Both the position numbers and the translations under genes were made by a program. From Macrostomum lignano (lineage: Eukaryota): DNA of 64,000 bases. Within the stretch, counting starts at the first letter, position 1. Each line of letters opens with the position of its first letter. This document shows, one piece after another, positions 11,926-26,576 of the stretch. Under the pieces are notes generated by a model. It ran no database searches. It worked only from the letters and a program-made list of their open reading frames with translations, and was not told where the DNA came from. The stretch covers positions 1,054,001 to 1,118,000 of the forward strand of contig NIVC01000056.1 in assembly GCA_002269645.1 (NCBI GenBank). Direction: 5' to 3'.

Positions 11926-13134
11926 CAATAAAACATACAAACCTTAGAGATTTAGTATATTTAGATAATTCACAAAAAATTTATCAGTTGACAAATTTTC
12001 AATTGGAATTTTGAAATTAAAGAAGCAGTTGAACTGAGTATATTTGTCACAACATTAGTAACTTCAAAATTACAAGAGAAATACAGTATCTGTTACAAGG
12101 GAATCAGCTTGAAACTCTGTGCCCAGCTTGTGGGTTAAAAAAATTGTAAGTTATACTATAATTTTACTTGGGGTGCTTAAATTCACAGATTCGACCTTTT
12201 AAAAGGACAAGCAGCAAACATCAATTAGGTCAATTAATCAAAGTATTGAATTTCATTTACACTCGTAGACCTATTCACAGATACGAAGAGTCAAGGACTA
12301 CCTTGCGAAGAGTAAATACGAGTAGACATGCCACTCGCAATGATAGTTGTGAAAAAACGTCTACTCTTTTTCAGTAGTTTGTCTGCGCATTGTCACTTGA
12401 ATTCAATGTGGCAGCTACAATTTGCTTTCCTTCCTCTCAGTTATGGGGTTAAGAATGAACAACAAGCATTTATTTAGACGTACACAAGTGAACGTAAGAC
12501 GGATGAAACTCAGCCTAGGGGGGGCAGGCCCAATCTAGCTCAGCCAATCAGAGAGAAGTAAGGAGAGAGGGTTAAAGTCAGACGGACGAAATTCAGCCTA
12601 GGACAGCCCCAATCTAGCTCAGCCAATGGGAGAGCAGTAAGGAGAGAGGCAAATTCAGACACAAGCGGGCAAGAGGAAAGCCAAACTGTTTATTGGTTTG
12701 GCAGGGGGGCTAAGGGCGCCACCCCTTTTCTCGCAATGCTATACACACGCACGTACTGGGTTTGAATTCTTAAGTTTTATGGCAATCTTCAAAGTTAGCT
12801 AAATTTAATTTTTTATTTAATTTTGAGCCTGAAACAGTCTGTACATGTAATCGATAAAACATGATGAAGATGTTAATGTAATGGGGCTGCTTGCAGAAAG
12901 CCACTAGGCGATTGTTCCAGGTTCAAAAACATTTTTGGTGCCTTTCCAAATTTATTGGGTTTTTTAATAGTACGAGCTGTGAAGCCAAAAAACGCTAATT
13001 TTGCTACTGAAAAGAGTAGATACAGGATTTTTTGCAAGCAGCAGATTTAGCTATTAGTGTATCTGTAGCCTTGTTACGGTATTATAAAATTACTATCAAA
13101 TTTTTCTTACACTTTCTCAATCCACCCCACCAGC

Positions 13135-14539
<1,405 letters not shown>

Positions 14540-14734
14540 TAGGGCTCTCAGTCTGACAATGGAAATAAATACTTGAGCTTATGAGCTTCTATAAAGTTTG
14601 ATAAAAGTTCAAGTGGCCTCTTAAACTCAATAGGCCTTTTATAATCGGTATAAGATAAATAGAAGGGCTTAACACCAAGACGGTCTGTAACCTTTTGTGA
14701 GCTTTGAAATTTTATACTTCAAAGACAGTCTCAC

Positions 14735-14880
14735 TGAGATGAACTTTAATCTTCCCAGATCTTCAATGAGACCTCACTAAGATGCACTTTTATCTTCCAA
14801 GACCTTCAATGAGATCTCACTGAAATTCACTTTTATCTTCAAGGACCTTCAATGAGATCTCACTCAAATGCACTTTAATC
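14735..14880. repeat. Degenerate ~43-bp tandem repeat
   Basis: 3-4 copies of CACTTTTATCTTCxAxGACCTTCAATGAGATCTCACTxAAATx. Confidence 0.8.
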
Positions 14881-15539
14881 ATCTCAGTTTTTCTCACAAA
14901 AATTATAATTTAAAACTCCCGGGAAAGCACTTTTGAAAACGTATTAGAACTTCAGAGCTCCAAAAGAGTGAGAACATTTTTGTAAAACAAGGTTGAAACA
15001 TCTACAAGTTTACAAGGAAAAACACAGATTTAGCGGGGGAAAATTCCACGCTGATGGAAACGAGAGCCGGAGAGGAAGAGGGGGAGTGGGGAGACTAAGT
15101 GAGAAGTCGCAGCCGCCCCACTTCAGTCCCTGATGGAGAGAGCTGCCTCTTAAAGAGTTTGAAATATCGGTCACTTCACCTGGACGAGAGTGGCTCCCCA
15201 ATAATGCGGTCCCCAGCTACCCCTGCCTCACTTCAAACGGGTCGTACTTCTGAATCCATTTTGTCTCCCTAAGCTCGCAGGCCCAGGAAATCTCTCTTGC
15301 TGTCTGTCTCTCTCTGACAGGAAGGCTTCTCTATAAAACTCGATTTACATTATTTTAATGTTCAGCGATTACTTATACGCCAGATTAGAGCATTACCGTA
15401 GTACTGTGTGCGTGTAAACGATCGTTTAAACTTTTCTGGTAAATTATTCTATTCTACAATTAAATAATAAGCAAATCGAATATGAACGCCGCCTGATTTA
15501 CAGCTCAGATTCAGCTTGAGACTCCGTGTTCTTATCAGC

Positions 15540-15970
15540 CCCACTGCCCTCAACTCCCACTGCCCTCAACCCCCACTGCCCCTCAAGCCCCCCCCCAACC
15601 CCGACTGCCCCTTAACCCCCACTGCCCTCAACCCCCTGCCCCTCAACTCCCACTGCCCTCAACCCCCACAGCCCCTCAACCCCCACAGCCATCAACCCCC
15701 ACTGCCCCTCAACCCCCACAGCCATCAACCCCACTGCCCTCAACCCAGCCCTCAACCCCCACTGCCCCTCAACCCCTACTGCCCCTCAACCCAGCCCTCA
15801 ACCCCACTGCCCCTCAACCCCTACTGCCCCTCAACCCAGCCCTCAACCCCCACTGCCCCTCAACCCCCACTGCCCCTCAACCCCCACTGCCCCTCAAGCC
15901 ACACTGCCCCTCAACCCCACTGCCCTCAACCCCCACTGCCCCCAACCCCCCACTTCCCCTCAACCCCACT
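15540..15970. repeat. C-rich minisatellite (CCCCACTGCCCTCAA-like)
   Basis: Tandem degenerate ~15-17 bp units. Confidence 0.92.
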
Positions 15971-16454
15971 ACCGCAGCACACTTGCAGCCTCGCTAAAAC
16001 CCTGAGAATCTTTACTGAAGCCGTCCCTTTAGCCCAAGGGGTCTGTCTGCACACTGTATTTTAAACTTAAACGCAGCCCACCAAGCCCAACAGTACGCAA
16101 TTTTCTCTAATGTACACCAAAAAATTGGCCCAAAAACTGCGACAGCAAAGCGGAAGTATCTAATTATTTCTCTGAGTTGCACTAGTTTCGGCTCAAAAAG
16201 TAATGAGCTTGAAAAAAATGCAAAAAAGCTTTACAAAAACCGCAAAATTTATAATGCAAAATCTACTGTATGGACATAGCTGGATTCAAATAAATATGTT
16301 TTTCTCTGGATTCAAAACACGTGACACAATCTGCCTATTTGATTCCGATGTGAGCTGAGGCAGGATAATTACAGAATACAGCGTGTTGAAGAAGAGAAGC
16401 ACTCTTCTTCTATATCGTTCTTAGATATAGAATGCTGTTGATGGAAGGATTCTG

Positions 16455-16785
16455 CACAACTTTGGCACCACTTATTATCCAACTTTGGCGCCACTTATCA
16501 CCCGACTCTGGCGCGAAATATGACTCACTTTGGCGCCACTTAGGACACCAACTTTGGCGCCACTTATCACCCAACTTTGGCTCCACTTAGGACACCAACT
16601 TTGGCGCCACTTACCACCCGACTCTGGCGCGAAAAATGACTCACTTTGGCGCCACTTATCACCCAACTTTGGCGCCACTTAGGACACCAACTTTGGCGCC
16701 ACTTATCACCCAACTTTGGCGCTACTTATCACCCAAATTTGGCGCCACTTATCACTCAACTTTGGCGCCACTTATCACCCGACTA
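16455..16785. repeat. ~23-bp minisatellite
   Basis: Tandem CCCAACTTTGGCGCCACTTATCA and variants. Confidence 0.93.
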
Positions 16786-17084
16786 AGCAAAAAAGATTTT
16801 TACGCTTTTTAGCTTTACGCATTTATATTATTTGTCACAATTAATCAGAATATAAGGCGCTAGACAAGAGGAACTAAAAAAACTCACTTGGGTATTCGAA
16901 GGTCGCTGCGGAGTCGCTACGATCTGTCAATTCCCAGCAGCAATTCAGAGCAACCAAGTTTCCCATATACGTGAGAGCGCATTGGCAACCCAACTGCCAA
17001 TCGCCATAAATAACCAATCGGCATCAGCTGCCCAGTTACTGAGAATTGCGCTGCTGTTTGATACTGTATACAGCTGCCCCCGAA

Positions 17085-17700
17085 TAACAGGTTAATACTG
17101 CTCTATAACCGGTAGTGTCCCTATCTAACAGGTGAATACTGCTCTATAACCGGTAGTGTCCCTATCTAACAGGTGAATACTGCTCTATAACCGGTAGTGT
17201 CCCTATCTAACAGGTGAATACTGCTCTATAACCGGTAGTGTCCCTATCTAACAGGTGAATACTGCTCTATAACCGGTAGTGTCCCTATCTAACAGATGAA
17301 TACTGCTCTATAACCGGTAGTGTCCCTATCTAACAGGTGAATACTGATCTATAACCGGTAGTGTCCCTATCTAACAGGTAAATACTGCTCTATAACCGGT
17401 AGTGTCCCTATCTAACAGGTGAATACTGCTCTATAACAGGTAGAGTTCCTATCTAACAGGTGAATACTGCTCTATAACAGGTAGTGTTCCTATCTAACAG
17501 GTAAATACTGCTCTATAACAGGTAGTGTTCCTATCTAACAGGTAAATACTGCTCTATAACCGGTAGTGTTCCTATCTAACAGGTAAATACTGATCTATAA
17601 CCGGTATTGTCTCTATCTAGCAGGTAAAACATCAATGTATAACAACAGGTGACAGCCTCATCTAACAGGTAAAACAGTACTGTATAACAACGGGTGAATG
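17085..17700. repeat. 41-bp minisatellite
   Basis: Tandem AACAGGTGAATACTGCTCTATAACCGGTAGTGTCCCTATCT, degenerating toward the right end. Confidence 0.95.
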
Positions 17701-18158
17701 GCCCATCTAACTCCCACAGATGTATTTCCTCCAAGTTCATCAAGTTAATTGCACTCGTCAATGTTAAAGTTAACTGCCCAAGAAATTCTTGATTCCTACT
17801 TGATTCCTACTTGATTCCATGAAGTATTTGCATAGATGAAGCTTTAACTCAGCTCAAAGCCTAAAGCCTAAAACTACTGAGCACAAATTAATGATATATA
17901 TCAGGCGGTCGGCAGACCACCCAGATAACTACAGGAGCGGCGAATACGTATCCTAGGAGGCTGAATACATTCTCGTGCACGCACGGAGCTGCACAGAGAT
18001 GAGGAAGACACTCGATACTTATCTCACTTCAGTCTCCGACTTGTCTCTAGGGGGGGGGGGGGCTGGAGGAAAAGGATCTAGGATAGGGAGGAAAGGTTGA
18101 GGCTCCTTTGGCTTCAAAGGCAATTCGAAACTAAAATAGCGAAATAGCTGGAGAGATG

Positions 18159-18160
<2 letters not shown>

Positions 18161-18213
<53 letters not shown>

Positions 18214-18665
18214 CAAGTCGTAGAAAAGGAAAAGTTGCAGTCAGAGTGTATAGAAGGAGGGGTGTCTCACTTTTAACCCAGATGGATCTTCCCCAGAGTA
18301 AAAAAGTGTTGTACGTCAGTTCTCGAGCTGCGGCCGTTTCATGAGCTCCGAAACTTTATAAGCTCCGAAACTTCATAAGCTCCGAAACTTCATAAGCTCC
18401 GAAACTTCATAAGCTCCGAAACTTCATAAGCTCCGAAACTTCATAAGCTCCGAAACTTCTCCCTCCCTCTCTCTCTCTCTCCCTCCCTCCCTCCCTCTCT
18501 CTCTGTCTCCCTCTCCCTCGTCCCTCCCTCTCTCTCTCTCTGTCTCCCTCCCCCCCCTCCCTCTCTCTGTCTCCCTCTCCCTCCCTCCCTCTCTCTCTCT
18601 CTCTCCCCTCTTTCTCTCCCTCTGTCTGTCTCCCTCTCTCTTCTCTCTGTCTCTCTCTCCTCCCT

Positions 18666-18704
<39 letters not shown>

Positions 18705-18812
18705 TCCCCTGTCTCTCTCTCTCTCTCTCTCCTCTCTCCCTCTGTTCTGTGTCTCCTCTGTCTCTCTCTCTCCATCTCTCTTTCTCTCTTTCCCTCTCTC
18801 TCGCCTCTCTCT
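18161..18812. repeat. Cluster of (GA)n (18161-18209), a 17-bp repeat CTCCGAAACTTCATAAG (18345-18458) and a CT-rich low-complexity tract (18459-18812)
   Basis: Read directly from the sequence. Confidence 0.93.
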
Positions 18813-19254
18813 TCGAACATGCTGCACGCGATGCAAGAGCTCGAATGAGACTCTATGAGGAGGCGCAGGTTTTATTTTACCAAACCCGGCTACAAGTATG
18901 ACTCCCCGAGCATGACACTAGCTGGGAGTCTGGAGCCCAACATATGCTGCAAAGTAGCTCTACCCTCTCACTCTCATCTCATCGACACTTCTTTCATTGC
19001 ACGAGGCTTTGCTTCCGTTTTGGCAACGATCACGCAAGGTGGTGAAGTACACAAAGCGTAGGAAGTGTATGCGATCTGCGCAGTGTATGACAGACAAGTG
19101 TGCTGTGCATAGAGATTAGCTGTATACACTTGTATCGATATAGACTTGCTATATCTAGAATTTTTTTGGGACTGCGTAACTAACTTAATCCCATCTATAG
19201 TACTTGCCGCCATTTAGCCGTCAGCAATAATCCACTTTTGCTGTTACAGGGAGA

Positions 19255-19700
19255 GACGAACTCAATGTTGTGTTAGCTCGTCTCTAATTTCGTTGGATTA
19301 GAGACGAATCTCAATGATGGATGAGAACGAATCTCAATGTTGGATGAGAGACGAATCTCAATGTTGGTTTAGAGACGAATCTAATAATGGATTACAGACG
19401 AATCTCAATGTTGGATGAGAAGACGAATCTCAATGTTGGATGAGAGACGAAACTCAATGTTGGATGAGAGACGAATCTAATAATGGATTACAGACGAATC
19501 TCAATGTTGGATTAAAGACGAATCTCAATGTTGGATGTGAGACGAGTCTCAATGTTGGATGAGAGACGAATCTCAATGTTGGATGAGAGACGAATCTCAA
19601 TGTTGGATGTGAGACGAGTCTCAATGTTGGATGAGAGACGAATCTCAATGTTGGATGAGAGACGAATCTCAATGTTAGATGAGAGACGAATCTCAATGTT
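19255..19700. repeat. 24-bp minisatellite
   Basis: Tandem GAGACGAATCTCAATGTTGGATGA. Confidence 0.95.
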
Positions 19701-20598
19701 GTCCAATAGAAGAACACAGCGTGGTGACTAGCTGCAGAAATGCGAAATTCATGCATTGCTTATTTATACTGAGTTTAATTAGTCTGCTCAGTGACCCTCT
19801 GAATTGCAAGGGAGGGGTCATGACCCTCTGAATGAATTCCACCGCTGAAATCAAAGGGGAGGGCTATGACCCCATCCACGAATTACAGGGGGCAATGACC
19901 CCGCCCACGAATTACAGGGGGCAACGACCCCCAACCCAACGAATTATAGAGGATGGCAATGACTAACAGGTAGAATATATTTTTAGATAGAAAAACGAAG
20001 CCTACACACATTAAGGAAAAGGCGAACTCGGGGGCGTCAGGTTCCGCCTGGCTGAGCAATCTAATCATCCATGCATTTAGAATTTCGTCGTCGTCAAGAT
20101 TTTAATCAGACGTGTTTAATAATAATGTTTCCGTGAATGAAGCGTGTCTTTTATCGCGTTAAAAAAGTATACACACAGTAGCAGCAGCAGCATTTTCAGA
20201 AGACAAATTTTTATTACTTTCCTACTTTCGTCTTCCTTGTCCCTTCCTGCTCTAGCCTAACCCCTCGCCTCGTGCAGCCCAAAATCTCTACAGCCAACCT
20301 GCAGCTGCGTCACCCTCAACCCCCATCCCCTCCCTGGCTTTGACTGCCACGGATGGCCAGAGATAATCTGGCGCAGTCAGGAAATAATTAAGAGAGTCAA
20401 GCAAGCGCAGATGCTGCGAGTAGACTAAGGAGAAACAGAGCGGACAGGGAGACAGAAAAAGAGAAGACGGACACGGAGCGGGGGTGGCGGGTGGAGTCGC
20501 AAGCGAAGATGGAGCGACTGATGAAATATCAGGGCATGAAAAATTGATAATCACAGGGCTTGAAGCCAGATAAGCACAGTTGGTCCGGCATGCTGGGC

Positions 20599-20628
20599 TA
20601 GACAGACAGACAGACAGACTGACAGACT

Positions 20629-20664
<36 letters not shown>

Positions 20665-20665
20665 C

Positions 20666-20703
<38 letters not shown>

Positions 20704-20761
20704 TGACAGACAGACAGACGGACAGACAGACAGACACACAGACAGACAGACACACAGACAG

Positions 20762-20792
<31 letters not shown>

Positions 20793-20902
20793 CAGACAGA
20801 CAGACAGACAGACACACAGACAGACAGACAGACAGACACACAGACAGACAGACAGACTGAAAGACAGACAGACAGACAGACACACAGACAGACAGACAGA
20901 CT

Positions 20903-20950
<48 letters not shown>

Positions 20951-20952
20951 CA
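20599..20952. repeat. (AGAC)n microsatellite
   Basis: Imperfect tetranucleotide run. Confidence 0.96.
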
Positions 20953-21454
20953 GAGAGTGAATCCCCGCCCCCAAATCTCCGCCCGGAGTCTCCACCCTCT
21001 AGTCCTCACCACCCTCATAAATATCCACCCCACTCAAATATCCGCCCCTATCTGTCATCCCCTTAGTCTCCGTCCCAAGCAGCTCCAGCAGCCCTCCGCT
21101 AGCATGCAGATGTACATGAAACAAAAAATGGACTGCATCTTGACCGTATCGATGTCAAAGCTTTGATACCATTCAGCCAACGCGACCGATCGTGCATTCG
21201 CTGAGTGCTGGGAATTCCGATTGGGAATTCTGATTTGGGATTTCAGGTAGCTCGATATTCTTGTTATGGAATTTAGGGTTATTTCATCATATACAGTCTC
21301 TTTTAGGGACATGCGCATGCAAATTCAACGAAATTAAATAATTAAATATTCTAAATAAAACCTTGCATACACATATTATACTACTGCTGGCTAAGGGTTG
21401 TTGAGCAGTAGGCTAGCAAGAACTCACCAGCCAGTGTCTAAACAGTCGACATAT

Positions 21455-21770
21455 TTAAATCTACTCAGATCTAGTCTATCTGCCATATCAAAATCTACTC
21501 AGATCTAGTCTATCTGCCATATCTAAATCTACTCAGATCTAGTCTATCTGCCATATCGAAATCTACTCAGATCTAGTCTATCTGCCATATCGAAATCTAC
21601 TCAGATCTAGTCTATCTGCCATATCGAAATCTACTCAGATCTAGTCTATCTGCCATATCGAAATCTACTCAGATCTAGTCTATCTGCCATATCTAAATCT
21701 ACCAAGATTTAGTCTATCTGCTATGTAAAAATTTATAATACCAAGATCTAGTCTATCTGCAATATTAAAT
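21455..21770. repeat. 34-bp minisatellite
   Basis: Tandem AAATCTACTCAGATCTAGTCTATCTGCCATATCG. Confidence 0.95.
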
Positions 21771-22154
21771 CTACCTACGAGTACTTAATTCTTCCTACTT
21801 TTTTCGTTGTATGCCTATCGTCATTGGCCTATGTTTGGGCTAAACACCTACATTAACATCCCGTGTAGAATTCGTGACCCACCTGAAGCAGTGGGGGATT
21901 AATGGTTTAATTTCTCGCCCCATCACCCTTGGCTTTGGGAGTCGCTCCCATAGGCAGCCTCAATGAAGGACCCATTGGTCCATGGCGAAGTCTGGGTCAA
22001 TAAATTAGTGTTTGGGAGCCTCTGGCTCTTGCCATGGCTTGAACCTCATGGCAAGTCACTCCGTAACATGCGCAAGTCACGCTTCGTGTGTGGTGTAAGG
22101 GTGACGCTGCGTTGTTAGTCTTGGCCTCGTGACTTCCCTGTTAGCTGGGACACA

Positions 22155-22520
22155 TCTTAGTGTCTTAGTACCTTATTCTCTAATTGTCTTAGTGTCTTAA
22201 GTGTTTTGGTGTATTGGTGTCTTAGTTTCTTAGTGTCTTGGTGTATTGGTGTATTGGTGTCTTAGTGTCTTAGTGTCTTGGTGTATTGGTATATCGTAGT
22301 GTCTTGGTGACTTAGTGTTGTTGTCGTATTGTCTGATTGTCTTGGTGTCTTAGTATCTTTGTGTCTTAATGTCTTAGTGTCTTATTGTCTTAGTGCATTG
22401 GTGTCTTAGTGTCTTGGTGTCTTGGTGTCTTAGTGTCGTCTTATTGTCTGATTGTCTTAGTTTCAGTATCTTATAGTGTCTTATGTTTTAGTGTCTTACT
22501 GTCTTAGTGTCTTGGTGCCT
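22155..22520. repeat. Degenerate 9-bp repeat (GTGTCTTAG/GTGTCTTG)
   Basis: Low-complexity tandem tract. Confidence 0.85.
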
Positions 22521-23379
22521 TAGTGCCAGTCTGTTAATTGCTGTTTGTCAAAAAGCTACGCAAGTTTCTGAGTCATACTTTCCTACCCTGATCCTCTTCA
22601 CGTAACACCAAAGCTCTGCAATCCCTCTTTCTGCACCACTAGAATGTTTGCTGTTGAGTTGCCGGTAGCAACTGAAACAATGGCTTACAATCGGTGTGGA
22701 ACAGACCGAGGGCTACAGGTAAGGCTCAGCTGCTTCTCATTGAATCAAGAAGCTTCTCAAAAGCTTAGCAGGTAGGGCTCAGAAAAAATCGATCGGTGCT
22801 ACAGCCTTCCAGCCGTACACCGTGGAGATGGAGAAAAACTGTGGGCGTCAGAGCTGCTCAGGTCCACTCTCTGGGATTGATGGAGCGTATCGAACGCAGT
22901 TATGACCTGCTGCTGCTCAGCTCCAATATCGACCATTTTTCTGGCTTAAAAGTTAAATAACCCATGCAGTTATGAAGACTGCAAGAGCTGCTGAATCAAC
23001 AAGTCTGTCTACGAGGTCTGCTTTCTAAGCATTGTGAGTTGAATTTTAATTTTTTGCCTTGGACAACTAAAGTATAAGGACTCTACCATCCAAAATTGTG
23101 CAAATATGGTATTGCCATTTTTCACCCCGAATCTCGCCTTGTAAAAGAAGTAGATATGTATCTTCTGTCCAAGGCAATTGAAGCCTATGAAATGCAACGA
23201 AGGATCGTCCACACTGAGGCGAAACGTTCCCCAACTTATAAGTGTGAAAAACTGAAAGTTATTTTCTTGCTATAATGACCCTGGAGCAACAAAATCCGAA
23301 CCACTAGCAAGATAGGCTTGCGATTGGCAAGTGTTTGTGTCCTTCTACTTCAGTCATCCGTGATGTCTACGTCAGAGGG

Positions 23380-23600
23380 GGGTTGTAGCCTAGTTGTTAG
23401 ACAGTCGGCGGTTCGATTCTCGACCCACTCGGAACAATTTGTGTCCTTGAGAAAGACAATTGCTTCAGTTCACCCAGCTGGGGTAATTTAGGGTGTGTGG
23501 TGACCCCCCCCCCCAAGTGCTTGGACTGAACAGCCGTACGCAGCCCTCAGATGCGCCGCGCAATAGCTGCGGCTGAGCTGTCGGTTGCACATCTGATGCA
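23380..23600 (+). mobile_element. tRNA-derived SINE, family A (CORE-like), copy 1 (internally deleted)
   Basis: A-box-like GTAGCCTAGTTG and B box GGTTCGATTC. It is colinear with the copy at 56042-56295, sharing GGAACAATTTG, TTGCTTCAGTTCACCCAGCTG, CTTGGACTGAACAGCC and GGCTGAGCTGTCGGTTGC. Confidence 0.85.
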
Positions 23601-23675
23601 TTAATTATGATGTCTACACTATCAAGCACTTTCAATCAAAGGATCCGTGCATATTTTTCAGCTCAGCCCATAAGC

Positions 23676-24125
23676 ATGCAGTCCCAAGCTGTGCACCCAG
23701 TGACGGCCCAGCCGCAGTCGCAGCAGGTTCCATCTTACCCGATGCACGCCCCTGGCGCGGTGGTCACTGGGCAACCAGCGCTGGCGCATCCGCCTCAGCA
23801 GCGCGAATGGAACTCCGGAATCATGGCCTGCTGCGAGGACGTGGGCGGCTGCTGCCTGACCTTCTTCTGCGGCCCGTACGAGCTCTGCTGCGGTCTGTCG
23901 CAGCGAATGGGCGAAAGCTGCTGCACCCCGATCTGTCTCGGCTGCGTTGGCAGCTCCGTGACCCTCATGACTTACCGGGTGAAACTGAGGGCCAGGTACA
24001 ACATTAAAGGCAGCATTCTGAGCGATTGCTGCACTACGATCTGCTGCGCGAGCTGCGTACAGTGCCAGCTAAAGAGGGAGCTCGACTACATTGAGAACAG
24101 CCTGGGTCTCCGGCCAGCCTTCTGA
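23676..24125 (+). CDS. PLAC8: PLAC8/cornifelin-family Cys-rich protein, 149 aa, intronless CDS
   Basis: Pro/Gln-rich N-terminus (VTAQP, VVTGQP), then WNSGIMACCEDVGGCCLTFFCGP, RVKLRARYNIKGSILSDCCTTICCASCVQCQLKREL, the canonical PLAC8 domain pattern. A splice acceptor TTTTTCAG ends at 23661, just 5' of the ATG. The symbol is family-level only. Confidence 0.92.
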   Translation: MQSQAVHPVTAQPQSQQVPSYPMHAPGAVVTGQPALAHPPQQREWNSGIMACCEDVGGCCLTFFCGPYELCCGLSQRMGESCCTPICLGCVGSSVTLMTYRVKLRARYNIKGSILSDCCTTICCASCVQCQLKRELDYIENSLGLRPAF

Positions 24126-24540
24126 CTTGCCCACTTGATGGGTCGATTTTATTGGACGAATTCTATGAGACTCGTGATTCAAATAACTTTTATTTTTCTC
24201 TTTTTAGATTCCTAATCACGAAAGCTATCATATTTACTGAATATATATTTTTTTCTGAAGTGCCTCTGGTGTTAAAGCTTTATTTCACCTTCTGTGATAT
24301 TTTCTCGACCTACTTGGCACAACTTTACAAATTCGAATACAATTAATTCGCTTCTGAGCAATTCTTCAGAAAGAAAAAATGGTTTTTCGTTAACATCGAG
24401 ACAAATAAACTGTTTCTTTTACTGTCAATTTGTTTTGCTATATCTTAAAATGCATGCACAATCTTGCGAACATATCTTCGTGTCGGTGCAGCACAATCGC
24501 AAAATCGTAGGCCTGCTCTATAAGGCTGAAAGAACTGTTC

Positions 24541-26408
<1,868 letters not shown>

Positions 26409-26576
26409 TGCTTATTTATCACATCGAAAAGAAACAGACACGCAAAGTATTTCATTATCTGTTTTATTTTAAGTCTCGATAACAGTTTTCGCGTCTGCTG
26501 TGTGAATTGAACTCGATAATGGTGCAACAATTTGAATGCTGCGTGATGGAAATTCCTATAAGCCGAACTGCGCACT

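Noticed and set aside
12495-12660. Duplicated ~85-bp segment with GACGAAA/GATGAAA resembling a hammerhead ribozyme half
   Set aside because: There is no CUGANGA core in a compatible position on either strand. It looks like a simple local duplication.
22680-22720. Possible upstream coding exon (MAYNRCGTDRGLQ|GTAAG) for PLAC8
   Set aside because: A phase-0 join to the 23662 acceptor hits a stop after three codons, so it cannot be coding.
23380-23430. tRNA-like sequences at 23380, 37747 and 56042
   Set aside because: There is no complete cloverleaf. They are SINE heads followed by shared repeat bodies.
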